DNA of 40,785 nucleotides from an uncultured Bacillales bacterium (lineage in GTDB: Bacteria; Bacillota_I; Bacilli_A; RFN20; CAG-826), in NCBI GenBank assembly GCA_946625055.1, contig CAMOSS010000001.1, forward strand, positions 1-40,785, written 5' to 3'. The notes below the pieces were generated by a model that worked only from the letters and a program-made list of their open reading frames with translations, searched no databases and was not told where the DNA came from. How positions within the stretch are numbered: position 1 is the first letter of the stretch; each line of letters opens with the position of its first letter. Below are positions 25,463-36,100 of this stretch, one piece after another. The translations under genes and the position numbers were made by a program.

Positions 25463-25843
25463 ATGAAAACTGCAATGAAGTCATTGAAGCTTAATATTTT
25501 AGGAGCTGTATTTGCCTTACTAGCAATCGGTATTCCTCTAGGAATATATGGAATTACTTGTATTCCTTCTTTAAACGCGAATCCATTTCCTTATGTTTAT
25601 TTAATGTTTGCTTTAGCATTCCTTTTATTACTCATTGGATTTGTTGTTCCAGACATTCAAGTTGCAAGGTGGCGTCATAAAAACTCTGCTTACGACACAA
25701 AACTTCCTCAAGAAGTTAGCGATAAAGCATGGTCGATCCGTTATCCATTCTTTTTAGCATTTGTTGTTGTCTTTACTGTTTGTTTATTTTTTGAAATTTG
25801 GTTCTGGATTAGTGGTAACTACCCACTCCCAATAAATATTTAA
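25463..25843 (+). CDS. Small membrane protein (126 aa, about 4 TM), function unknown
   Basis: Hydrophobic ORF followed by the terminator at 25873-25898. Confidence 0.6.
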   Translation: MKTAMKSLKLNILGAVFALLAIGIPLGIYGITCIPSLNANPFPYVYLMFALAFLLLLIGFVVPDIQVARWRHKNSAYDTKLPQEVSDKAWSIRYPFFLAFVVVFTVCLFFEIWFWISGNYPLPINI

Positions 25844-25872
25844 TATAATTAAATAAAATTAATTTAACCTCG

Positions 25873-25898
25873 TGAGCGTATACGCGCTCATTCTTTTA
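25873..25898 (+). terminator. Rho-independent terminator
   Basis: Stem TGAGCG(T)/(G)CGCTCA followed by TTCTTTT. Confidence 0.6.
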
Positions 25899-26009
25899 TT
25901 ATTATTGTGTGCGCGAAAAAATGTTTTAACTTTTTTAATTTTTGTAGTATCTTTATAAACAATCATTCATTACTGAAGAAATTTTCGAAAAAGGAGGAAA
26001 CTTAAAATT

Positions 26010-28466
26010 ATGAAAAACACAAGTAAAGCATTATTGATTCTTGGGTTAACAACAGTGTTATCTGCGTGTGGTTCTCGTACTACACCTTCAGAAGGTTCAT
26101 CTGAAGAGAGCACACCTGCTTCAGAAAGCAGTGAAATTGTTCCTGAAAACATTATCACTGAAAGCCAAGACTACAATAATTATGGCTTAAGAGGAAGAAG
26201 ATATCGTGGTAGCTACAATTCACTTACAACACAATCAATTGCTAGCTTGAACTATTTGACAACTCAAGAGCAAGCAAATGCACAACATTTCGCTAACTTC
26301 ATCGATGGATTATTATTGCACAATGATTTTGGAGTTCTTGAAAAGAATCTTGCCACTGAAATCAAACGTGACGAAGAATTCACAAAATTCCAAATCAAAA
26401 TCAAACAAGGTGTTAAATGGCAAAACTGGGATGGCAGCCAATACCTTAACAAGAATAACGAACCACAATTCGTTTCTGCTAAAGACTGGGTCGCATCCGC
26501 TAAAGCTATTAACACATACGCGAACAAGTCCGATCTTCAATACTTAATCGGTAACTTCGTTAAAGGTACAACTGAGTACTTCTACTACACCAGAATTTCT
26601 TATGATGTTATTCAAGGCACAGAAGAAGATGTCTATGACATGGAAGACTATGCAGCTGTCGCCGCCAAGATTAATAAGTACATCAAAGATGAAGCTCCAC
26701 AAGTTTGGGAACTCGAATACAACAATGGTGATAATGCCGTTGAACCAGACGATGTTCCAAACATTGCTAACGGAAGCAGATTCGGTGTCAAGGCTGATGG
26801 AGATACATTAACATATAACCTCAACCAACCAGCACCTTACTTCCCAACACTCTTCACTTACAGTGCTTATATGCCTGTTAACGAAGACTTCTTAACCGCT
26901 ACTAAATTCTCCAAATTTGGTACAACAAAAGATTCAATCTTATATTGTGGACCATATCTATTAGATGTGTGGAGCGCACTTGCTATTAAATACAAAGCAA
27001 ACGAAGAATATCACAATAAAGAAAATACCATCACAATCAGTGAAATCAATTACAGAGTTATTCAAGATACATCAATCATCACTCCTGAATATACTCGTAG
27101 TGAATTCGAAGCCGGAAGAATCGATGGCTTCTCACTCAATAAAAAAGATGGTGTCGGTTGGACAAAATATATTACTGGTCCAGATGGAACAGGAACATAT
27201 GACAACCCATACGATGCTCAAGTTAACGCCAGATTATTAGACCAAATCGGTTCTATGTATGGTTCAAACCTCGTTCTCGAACGTGATAACACAGGAAAAA
27301 CAACTTCCTATGCTACCGGCGGTAACGGAACAACAGTTAAAAACACTGCTAGAGCTTTCCGTCTTAACGACGTTCGTAAAGCCATTCTTGAAGCTCCAGA
27401 CTTCAAACAAATGTACGATGTCAGAAATGAATCCACAGAAGAAGAATTAAGAGCACAAGAAAAAGTCTACACATACGTTCCAAAAGGATTCGTTATGGAT
27501 GACGATGGTAATGACTACCTCGATCACTACTATGAAGTTTATGCTGATAAAAAAGGCATTGCTAAAGGTGATATCGAAAATCCAGTCGAAGGCAACAACG
27601 CTGCTTGGTTATTAAGACCAGGACAAGTTGATACCTGCACATTACCACAATCTGAAGTCAATGCTTTAATTGATGACGCCGTTGAAGCGATTGGCTTCTG
27701 GAATGATGATCACCCAACAGAAAAGATCACTCTCCCAATTCAACTCGAATACTATTCATTACAATTCGATGATGAATCTAAAGAAGCTGATGACAAAGTC
27801 ATCGCTAACTTAAATAAGAGATTGAATAAAGGTGCTGAAGGTTCATTCCCATACTTCAAAGTTATCCCAACAGATAAACTTACAAGTGCAAACTACAATT
27901 CTGTTTCAAGAAGTGGTGAATGGGACCTCGCTTACATCCAATGGGGTTGGAGCGCTGACTATGGTGATCCATTATCATTCATGAACACATACTGTAAGTA
28001 TGGTGACTGGGGCGATGTCTTCCCATACATTGATCAAGCTGAAGTTAAGAACTACGTGACAAACGCAGCTCGTACCGGTCTTGAAGCACCAGTTGACTTA
28101 TTAGCAGAATACACTGCACTTGTTAAAGAAGGCGCACAACAAACCAACGACTTCAACGCAAGATTTGATAAATTCGCTGAAGCAGAATACATGCTCATCA
28201 ACGAACTCAACATTTACAAACCACAAGTTAATACTGGCCAAGGTTGGGCTATGTCCGTTTCTAAGGCTGCTGGTTACTACACTCCACAAGCTAACTATGG
28301 CTTATCCAGTGATAGATTAACTGGTATGTTCGTCTTAGAAGAAGTTATGACCAGAACCGAAAGACAAGCTGCTCGTGACAAACAAACTGAACTCAAAGAA
28401 GCTTATGTCAAAAAGCATGGCTCAATTAACATTTATAACGAAGACAATTACTTAATCGACGATTAA
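26010..28466 (+). CDS. oppA: Oligopeptide ABC transporter substrate-binding lipoprotein (family 5), oversized at 818 aa
   Basis: GGAGG Shine-Dalgarno and lipobox LSAC (Cys20). It occupies the first position of the oppBCDF operon and has an SBP_bac_5-like length and pattern. Confidence 0.8.
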   Translation: MKNTSKALLILGLTTVLSACGSRTTPSEGSSEESTPASESSEIVPENIITESQDYNNYGLRGRRYRGSYNSLTTQSIASLNYLTTQEQANAQHFANFIDGLLLHNDFGVLEKNLATEIKRDEEFTKFQIKIKQGVKWQNWDGSQYLNKNNEPQFVSAKDWVASAKAINTYANKSDLQYLIGNFVKGTTEYFYYTRISYDVIQGTEEDVYDMEDYAAVAAKINKYIKDEAPQVWELEYNNGDNAVEPDDVPNIANGSRFGVKADGDTLTYNLNQPAPYFPTLFTYSAYMPVNEDFLTATKFSKFGTTKDSILYCGPYLLDVWSALAIKYKANEEYHNKENTITISEINYRVIQDTSIITPEYTRSEFEAGRIDGFSLNKKDGVGWTKYITGPDGTGTYDNPYDAQVNARLLDQIGSMYGSNLVLERDNTGKTTSYATGGNGTTVKNTARAFRLNDVRKAILEAPDFKQMYDVRNESTEEELRAQEKVYTYVPKGFVMDDDGNDYLDHYYEVYADKKGIAKGDIENPVEGNNAAWLLRPGQVDTCTLPQSEVNALIDDAVEAIGFWNDDHPTEKITLPIQLEYYSLQFDDESKEADDKVIANLNKRLNKGAEGSFPYFKVIPTDKLTSANYNSVSRSGEWDLAYIQWGWSADYGDPLSFMNTYCKYGDWGDVFPYIDQAEVKNYVTNAARTGLEAPVDLLAEYTALVKEGAQQTNDFNARFDKFAEAEYMLINELNIYKPQVNTGQGWAMSVSKAAGYYTPQANYGLSSDRLTGMFVLEEVMTRTERQAARDKQTELKEAYVKKHGSINIYNEDNYLIDD

Positions 28467-28506
28467 TTTATTCGATTCGTTCTAACAATTCATAACATTT
28501 AAAGAA

Positions 28507-28540
28507 TTAGGGCTCCGGAGATTTTTTCTCCGACCCTAAT
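28507..28540 (+). promoter_or_regulatory. Intercistronic stem-loop between oppA and oppB (partial terminator or mRNA stabiliser)
   Basis: Imperfect hairpin ATTAGGG..GGAGA-TTTTT-TCTCC..CCCTAAT with only a weak T-tract after it. Confidence 0.55.
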
Positions 28541-28566
28541 TTCGTTGCTTATAAAGGAGGTAGATT

Positions 28567-29739
28567 ATGGCATCGTATTTGATAGGCTACACAATCATTG
28601 GCGTGCTCGTCATTTTTGTAGTCTTTTCTGTTCTTGTCAAAAAAAGAATCCTCTTCGGCAACACTGTTTCTGTGCAAAAGATATTTGGACATCCATTACT
28701 TCATTATTCCTTAAGACGTATTGGATCGTCTCTTATTTCTATCGCGCTCGCGATTATAGTGACGTTCTTTCTTTTAAGACTCGCTTATCCAGCGCAAGCG
28801 ACTTGTTTAAAGCTATTTGCAGGCAACCATGTTTCCGAAGATCTTTTTAAATTAAGATGTGATACTTGGAAAGAGGAAATGGGCTTCTCTGGCTCAGTCC
28901 TTCAACAATTAGGCACATTCTTCTACAACATTCTCCCGCTTCCAAAAAATATTTGTCGTACTGACATCGTTATTGGAAACGGAACATTCAGCTATGAAAT
29001 TTATTCATGTCGTGCATTCGTTATTAACTTTGGAACCATTTATAATCTTCCAGGATTCCCAGATGGTGGATTCGTTATCGATTACATGCTTCCAAGAATG
29101 ATGACATCTTTCAAAGTTGGTATTATCGCTACTGTTTTAGAGCTTGGTTTAGGATACCCATTCGGTATTTTGATGGCCAGATATCAAAACGGTATTTTCG
29201 ATAAAATTGGTAAAACATATATCATGACGATCGATGCGATTCCGGGTGTTGCTTACTACTATATTTGGATGGCCATTTTATGTGGATTATTCGCTCTACC
29301 TCGCGTCTATGATCCAAACAATTTCTTAACATGGCTTCCAATCATTCTCACCATGGGCTTTACCGGTATGTCTGGTATCGGCTTATGGGTCAGACGTTAC
29401 ATGGTCGACGAATTCAACGCTGACTATGTTAAATTCGCTCGTTCTAAAGGCTTAGAGGAAGGCAGAATTATGAGAATTCACATTCTTAGAAACGCTGTCG
29501 TTCCTTTAGTTAGAACATTCCCAAGTGCTGTTATCGGTGCTCTTATGGGAACATACTACTTAGAAAACATCTATAACGTTGATGGTATCGGTCGTGCGAT
29601 TATCGTCGCCAATAGTTCCTACAACTCTTCGCTTCTCGTTGCAGTTATTATTGTCTCTGCCTTACTCAGCGTTATCTCATATTTATTAGGTGACATTGTC
29701 ACTGCTATGGTTGATCCTCGTATCAGCTTTACATCATAA
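28567..29739 (+). CDS. oppB: Oligopeptide ABC transporter permease
   Basis: AAGGAGG Shine-Dalgarno and the BPD-transporter EAA-type motif FARSKGLEEGRIMRIHILRNA. Confidence 0.9.
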   Translation: MASYLIGYTIIGVLVIFVVFSVLVKKRILFGNTVSVQKIFGHPLLHYSLRRIGSSLISIALAIIVTFFLLRLAYPAQATCLKLFAGNHVSEDLFKLRCDTWKEEMGFSGSVLQQLGTFFYNILPLPKNICRTDIVIGNGTFSYEIYSCRAFVINFGTIYNLPGFPDGGFVIDYMLPRMMTSFKVGIIATVLELGLGYPFGILMARYQNGIFDKIGKTYIMTIDAIPGVAYYYIWMAILCGLFALPRVYDPNNFLTWLPIILTMGFTGMSGIGLWVRRYMVDEFNADYVKFARSKGLEEGRIMRIHILRNAVVPLVRTFPSAVIGALMGTYYLENIYNVDGIGRAIIVANSSYNSSLLVAVIIVSALLSVISYLLGDIVTAMVDPRISFTS

Positions 29740-29753
29740 GGAAGGAGGACATT

Positions 29754-30884
29754 ATGGCAGTTAAAAATTTAAACGAAAAAGATGTGGAAAAATTGTTTAG
29801 AGAAGTAAATGAAAACGATCCACGTCTCGCTTCATCAGTTCCTGTTGAAGACAAAATTGACACAAATATCAAAGACTTATTCACCGTAGTGGGTTCTTCC
29901 GAAGAAAAGAGTGAAAGACTTGATTCCGCTCCATATTCATACTGGAGAATGACTTTCTCTCACTTATTTAAAAACCCATTAGTCATCGTTTGTTTGGTGA
30001 TTTTAGGTATCTTATTGTTCTTCACATTATTCGGAACATTAATTCACTATTACCCACCATTAACCACAAACGTTGAAGGTAAAGTTATTCCAAACCCAAC
30101 ACCTGACTTAATTAACATGACGAAGTTTGGTGATCCTTCAAACAACTATTTGTTAGGACCTAACTCCAGAAACTGGTTCGGTGTTTGTTTCTCCGGCATG
30201 GGTGCCTTCTATAGAGGACAAGATATGTGGTCTTGTGTTTGGAAAGGTACACAACTTTCCATGCTCCTCGGTGTTACCGTTGCCGTTATCGATACAGTTT
30301 TAGGTATCTTAATCGGTTCCTTATGGGGATACTTCAGATGGTTAGATCCAATTCTTATCGAATTCAGAAACTTCGTTAACAACATCCCAACATTGTTGTT
30401 AGACATCTTGTTGATGCAATTCTTCCAACCATACATGGAAAGATATGGTTTCTTAATCATCGTCTTCCTTCTCACTGCGTTAGGTTGGCTTGGTTTAGCC
30501 GGATTCGTCCGTAACCAAATCATCATTATTCGTAACAGAGAATACAACATTGCATCTCAAACATTAGGTTCATCATCCAAAGCGATGATTACCCATAACT
30601 TACTCCCATACTTGATTTCCGTTATCGTGACAGTTGTTTCAACCGCGATTCCAGGTGCGATTTCTTCCGAAGTCGGTCTCGCATTCTTCAACTTATCATT
30701 CCGTGTTCAAGATGGTGATATTACATTAGGTCAAATTTTGACCAAGGCTGTTGCAGACCAAACATGGATGCGTTATCCATATCTGTTAATCGGCCCAATG
30801 GCGGTCATGGCCCCGTTAACCGTGTGCTTCTTCTATCTAGGACTAGCCCTCGCTGACGCGACCGACCCTAAGACACATCGATAG
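29754..30884 (+). CDS. oppC: Oligopeptide ABC transporter permease
   Basis: GGAGG Shine-Dalgarno and motif SQTLGSSSKAMITHNLLPY; multi-TM. Confidence 0.9.
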   Translation: MAVKNLNEKDVEKLFREVNENDPRLASSVPVEDKIDTNIKDLFTVVGSSEEKSERLDSAPYSYWRMTFSHLFKNPLVIVCLVILGILLFFTLFGTLIHYYPPLTTNVEGKVIPNPTPDLINMTKFGDPSNNYLLGPNSRNWFGVCFSGMGAFYRGQDMWSCVWKGTQLSMLLGVTVAVIDTVLGILIGSLWGYFRWLDPILIEFRNFVNNIPTLLLDILLMQFFQPYMERYGFLIIVFLLTALGWLGLAGFVRNQIIIIRNREYNIASQTLGSSSKAMITHNLLPYLISVIVTVVSTAIPGAISSEVGLAFFNLSFRVQDGDITLGQILTKAVADQTWMRYPYLLIGPMAVMAPLTVCFFYLGLALADATDPKTHR

Positions 30885-30894
30885 GAGGTAACAT

Positions 30895-31977
30895 ATGGCA
30901 AACGAAAAAGAAGTTGTCATTGATGTGAAAAACCTCTCTGTCGGTTTCCACGTTCGTGGCAAGAAAACAAACGTTATTAGAAATATTTCATTCCCAGTTT
31001 ATAGGGGTGAAACACTTGCGATCGTTGGTGAATCAGGTTCTGGTAAATCTGTCACCACAAAGACATTCACGGGTATGCTTGATTCCAACGGATTTATCTC
31101 CGGAGGATCTATTATCTTTGATGGTCTTGATCTCGCAAAATTTAAAACCAATGATGATTGGCTCCAAATTAGAGGCAAGAGAATTGCCACAATTTTCCAA
31201 GACCCAATGACATCATTAAATCCACTTTTGACTATTGGATATCAAATCTCTGAAGTTTTAATTCTTCACCATGGCTTATCTAAAAAAGAAGCCAAAGAAG
31301 AAGCTATTAAACTTCTTGCAAAAGTTAGAATTCCTAACCCAGAAGAAAGATATAACGATTATCCATTCCAATATTCAGGTGGTATGAGACAAAGAGTTGT
31401 TATCGCTATCGCTTTAGCCTGCCGTCCAGAAGTCTTAATCTGTGACGAACCAACCACAGCCTTAGACGTAACAGTTCAAGCTCAAATTATCGCTCTTATT
31501 AAAGAGCTCCAAGAAGAATACAAATGGACAACAATCTTTATTACCCATGACTTAGGTGTTGTTGCTAACGTCGCTGATAGAATCGCCGTTATGTACGCCG
31601 GTCAAATCGTGGAATATGGAACAGTGGAAGATGTCTTCTATCATCCAGAACATCCATATACATGGGCCTTGCTTGCTTCATTACCACAATTAGGCACTAA
31701 AGATGAACCATTATCATTTATCGTCGGTAACCCTCCATCCTTTGCTGGAGAAATCATCGGTGACGCATTCGCTCCAAGAAACGAATATGCGATGAATATT
31801 GACTTTGTTATGGAACCTCCAATCTTTAAGATCAGTGAAACACACTGGGCGAAGACATGGTTACTTTCTCCAAACGCTCCAAAAGTCAAGAAACCAAAAG
31901 TCATCGAAGAACTCCACTTAAGAATGAAAGGTGCGGCAACAGAACTTAAGAGACAGGAGGGAGAAGACTATGAGTAA
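30895..31977 (+). CDS. oppD: Oligopeptide ABC transporter ATP-binding protein
   Basis: Walker A GESGSGKS, signature YSGGMRQR, Walker B LICDEPT. Confidence 0.9.
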   Translation: MANEKEVVIDVKNLSVGFHVRGKKTNVIRNISFPVYRGETLAIVGESGSGKSVTTKTFTGMLDSNGFISGGSIIFDGLDLAKFKTNDDWLQIRGKRIATIFQDPMTSLNPLLTIGYQISEVLILHHGLSKKEAKEEAIKLLAKVRIPNPEERYNDYPFQYSGGMRQRVVIAIALACRPEVLICDEPTTALDVTVQAQIIALIKELQEEYKWTTIFITHDLGVVANVADRIAVMYAGQIVEYGTVEDVFYHPEHPYTWALLASLPQLGTKDEPLSFIVGNPPSFAGEIIGDAFAPRNEYAMNIDFVMEPPIFKISETHWAKTWLLSPNAPKVKKPKVIEELHLRMKGAATELKRQEGEDYE

Positions 31978-33199
31978 GAAAAATTTAGAAAAACCTCCAG
32001 TGAGTAAAGATGTTTTATCACCTCTTAGTAACACTGAACCTCTTTCAGTTGAACATCCAACCGCTCAAGATTTAAGAGAAGATGAAATGGTGGAATCTGT
32101 TAGTGGTATGGATTCTTCTTATCAAGAAATCTTTAATGGGGAAGAAAAAGTGGAATCTGAAATTCCAGCCCCTAAGAAACATAAAAACGCTCTTGATCCA
32201 AAAGATGATGAATTTGAAAAAGGTAGAGATATCACAAGAGGTACCCCTGCCGATGACATCATCGTCAAGATGAGAGACGTTCGTATTTCATTTAAAATCG
32301 GAACACTCGAAAGAGTTATTATCAACCACTTAAATTTAGACATTAAACGTGGAGAAATTTTAGGTTTAGTTGGTGAATCTGGTTCCGGTAAAACCACAAT
32401 CGGAAGAGCAATTATTAGAATTAATAAAGTCTCCGGTGGTGAAATTACATATAACAACGTGAAAATCTCTGGAAAGATTCCAAAGAAAAGAGAACGTTTG
32501 TTAAAGACAAAGATTCAAATGATCTTCCAAGATCCAGGTGATTCTCTTAACGATAGAGCAAACATTGACTATATCGTCTCTGAAGGTTTAAGAGCCTTCC
32601 ATCTCTATGATGATGAAGCCGATAGAGTGAATAAAGTCACCGAAATGATGCAAAGAGTCGGTCTTAGACCAGAATACTTATCTCGTTATCCACACGAGTT
32701 CTCCGGTGGTCAAAGACAACGTATTGGTATTGCAAGATGTATGGTTATGAACCCAGAATTTATCGTCGCTGACGAACCAATTTCTGCTCTTGACGTCTCT
32801 ATTAGAGCCCAAGTCTTAAACCTCATCAAACAATTCCAACAAGAAAGAGACTTAACAGTCTTATTCATTGCTCACGACTTATCAGTTGTTAAATACATCT
32901 CTGATAGAATCGCAGTCATCTACGCTGGTAAGATTGTCGAACTTTGTTCTGCTAATAGATTGTTTGAAGCCCCGCTTCATCCATATACCAAAGCCTTATT
33001 AACAGCAGTCCCAATCCCAGATCCAAAGATTGAAAGAAAGAAAAAGATTGTTGTTTATAACCCAATGCAACATCACTACGTCAAGAGTGATGCGCCAGAA
33101 TTTAGAGAGATTGAACCTGGCCACTTTGTCAGATGTAACACTCCTGAATTCGAAGCGATGAAAGCTGAATTAGCAAGACTAGGAGGTGAAAAGAAATAA
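31970..33199 (+). CDS. oppF: Oligopeptide ABC transporter ATP-binding protein with a charged N-terminal extension of about 110 aa
   Basis: Start set at ATG 31970 (GGAGGGAG Shine-Dalgarno), overlapping the oppD stop. Walker A GESGSGKT, signature FSGGQRQR, Walker B IVADEPI. Confidence 0.88.
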   Translation: MSKKNLEKPPVSKDVLSPLSNTEPLSVEHPTAQDLREDEMVESVSGMDSSYQEIFNGEEKVESEIPAPKKHKNALDPKDDEFEKGRDITRGTPADDIIVKMRDVRISFKIGTLERVIINHLNLDIKRGEILGLVGESGSGKTTIGRAIIRINKVSGGEITYNNVKISGKIPKKRERLLKTKIQMIFQDPGDSLNDRANIDYIVSEGLRAFHLYDDEADRVNKVTEMMQRVGLRPEYLSRYPHEFSGGQRQRIGIARCMVMNPEFIVADEPISALDVSIRAQVLNLIKQFQQERDLTVLFIAHDLSVVKYISDRIAVIYAGKIVELCSANRLFEAPLHPYTKALLTAVPIPDPKIERKKKIVVYNPMQHHYVKSDAPEFREIEPGHFVRCNTPEFEAMKAELARLGGEKK

Positions 33200-36100
33200 T
33201 GGCACGTTTAGTATCTGAACTCGGTGCTGATGTCATTGATGACACCGTAGTACCTTCCAAAGTAAACAAAAGAAAACGTAACTTTATTGTCGGATTCTCC
33301 GCTTTAGGTGTGGGAATTATCTCCTTAGGTTTAGTTTATTACTTTGCTGTCACTGACTGGTTAAGTGACTATCAAAACATGGCCTATATCACTTATGGTC
33401 TTAACATTGAACCAGATGCTGATGGACCTTACAAAGGTCAAGTTACCGCTTATATTAGATCAATCGATAACAACTCCAAATATCCATCAACATTCAAAAT
33501 TCCAGCCAAGATTAATGGCCACCCAATTACCAGAATTGATGATCAAGCTTTCTTAGGATGTAACCGTTTAAAGAGAGTGGAGATGTCTAACAACATCACC
33601 ACAATCGGAGATGGAGCATTCTTAAACTGTGAAAAGTTAGAATCATTTAAATTCTCCAAAAATATTGAAAAAATCGGCAATTCCGCCTTCGATGGAACGA
33701 TTTATAAAGAAAATTGGAAGAAAAATGATGTGACATACATCAACTCAATCTTGGTCTATGTCAATGAAGAAAAACTCTTAAAAGATTCTGGCAAAAGCAA
33801 ACTCGCATTCGTCGCTTCTAGCGATTCTGAGTTCGTTGATGTCTATAAAGATGATGCCTTAGTCTTTGACTTCTCAACCCTTTCTCCTCTTGGTCAAAAC
33901 AACTCTTCCGTTAAAGTTACCAAGTGGATGGATGGCTTGTTCAAAGATTTCTCTGAACTCATTTTCGTTGAGACACCAGAATACTTAAGTGGCGTTTCAA
34001 GTTATGCTTTCCAAAACTGCACAAATTTAGAGAAAGCTGCTCTTAACGACACAAATACAAACATTGGTGAATACGCTTTCGATGGTTGTTCTAACTTTAG
34101 TGAAGTTATCAACCTCGACGTTGTTAAGACCATTGGTAAATATGCCTTCCAAGGAACAAAGATTTCTCTTACTTCCTTAAATGAAGGCGTGACCAGTGTT
34201 GGTGAAGGTGCATTCAAAGGATGTAAATACATCACCTCAATGACAATTCCTTCAACCATCACCACAATCGAATCCAGATTGTTTGAAAATACAAATTTAG
34301 CCAATGTGACATTCACCGAAGCTAACAATATTACAACTATCGGCGCGAACGCCTTTAGAAACACAAAATTAACAAACTTTAGAGTTCCTAAAGAAGTAAA
34401 GATTATTAATGATAATGTCTTTGCTAACTGTGCAAACCTTGAAAGTGTTGAACTTTATAAATCCAACATCACAAGAATTGACTCTAAAGCATTCTATAAC
34501 TCCACAAAATTACACTCTATCAAGAGATATGATGATAACGGTGCTATCTTAGCCAGTGATACAGATGATGACACACTCTATTTCCCATCTTCACTTGTTA
34601 ATACCACCAACTCATCAAGTGGTGAAGAAGGTTCAAACTTCGCAAAGACATCATTTAAACACGTTGTTATTCCAACAAGTGTGGCAAATATTGCTGCTTC
34701 TATGTTTGAAAGCTGCGAAAAATTAGAAGATGTTGTCTATGATGATCTTTCTAACTCATTAATGAGAACAATGGGACAAAAAGCTTTTAAAGGATGTACT
34801 GCTTTAACATCATTTAGCTTCCCAAATACCGTGAGACAAATTTCTTCAAATGCATTTAATGGTTGTACATCACTCGTCAGTGTTGATCTTCCAGAAAGAA
34901 AGAACCTCACTCCAGTTCAAATTGCTGCTCTTGATACAGATACAAGAGAATACTCCTCTATTACAAACTCAATGTTTGCTGGTTGTACTGCTTTAACAAC
35001 AGTGACAATCCCAAGCACAGTCTCTGAAATTCAAACATATGCCTTTAGAGGTTGTACTGCTTTAACAAGAATTAGTATTCCAAAGAATGTCTCTACAATT
35101 AAGAGCAACGCCTTTGCTGAATGTTCTAGCTCACTTTACATTTCTATTGAAGCCTCTTCTATTCCAAATAGATGGTCTTCAGATTGGAACGGAAAAACAA
35201 ACCCAGCAAAATATGTCACCGGTTCCATCGGTATCGAAGAAGAAGGCGACTTCTTATTCTCTATTAACAGTGATGGCATCACCGCGACAATTGTTCAATA
35301 CGAAGGTACATCTAATGATTTAGTTATCCCAGAAACCATCGGTACAGATAACTACCGTGTTACTGGTATTAACGATAACTTTATGGCTGATGATAAATTA
35401 GTGGCCTTAACATCTATTTCTCTCCCAAGCAGTTTAACAGACGTTGGTCCTAACGCTTTCAAAGCCTTACTCGATCTTGAAGATGAAACCATTTCAACAA
35501 AAGATGATGGCATTAAATATTTAGGTAATTCAACAAACCCATATGTTGTGGCTTTAGCAAAAGATACAAAAGCTGAAAATCCAACATATAAATTTGATGA
35601 TAATACTAGATTTATTGCTTTAGCCTTATCAAATGAAATTGATAGCACGAATAACACAAGTAATGGTAACTATCTTGTTTCTAAGACCAACGACTTCTTT
35701 GCTTTAAAGACAGTTACACAAGCCATGGTCTCTAATACGGATAGAGTGACTATCAATAATCAAACCAAATTAATCGTCACTAACGCATTTAATGGTTTTG
35801 ATAAAGAAATCGCTCTTATCATTCCAGGCAATGTCGAATGTATCGCCGATAGCGCTATTAGAGATAAGAGAAATACAACCATTTATGCTGAAAGTGCAAC
35901 TAGACCAAACGGTTGGGATTTCAAATGGAATGTTCAAGATGCCCAAGCATATTGGGGAACATTTGGCCCAATTAATAACTCTACATTCAAAGCCTGTGAA
36001 AATACCGATCACACAGCAAGATTATTAAAATTCACTTCACCAAGTGAAAGAGAAACTATCCCAACATCAATTAATAGTGGTGTTAAGGATTATAGTGTTA

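Noticed and set aside
23460-26009. Possible genomic island or prophage integrated at the ssrA 3' end.
   Set aside because: There is no integrase or phage gene. I could find no direct repeat of the ssrA 3' end (…GATACCACCGGCTCCACCA) in the downstream intergenic regions.
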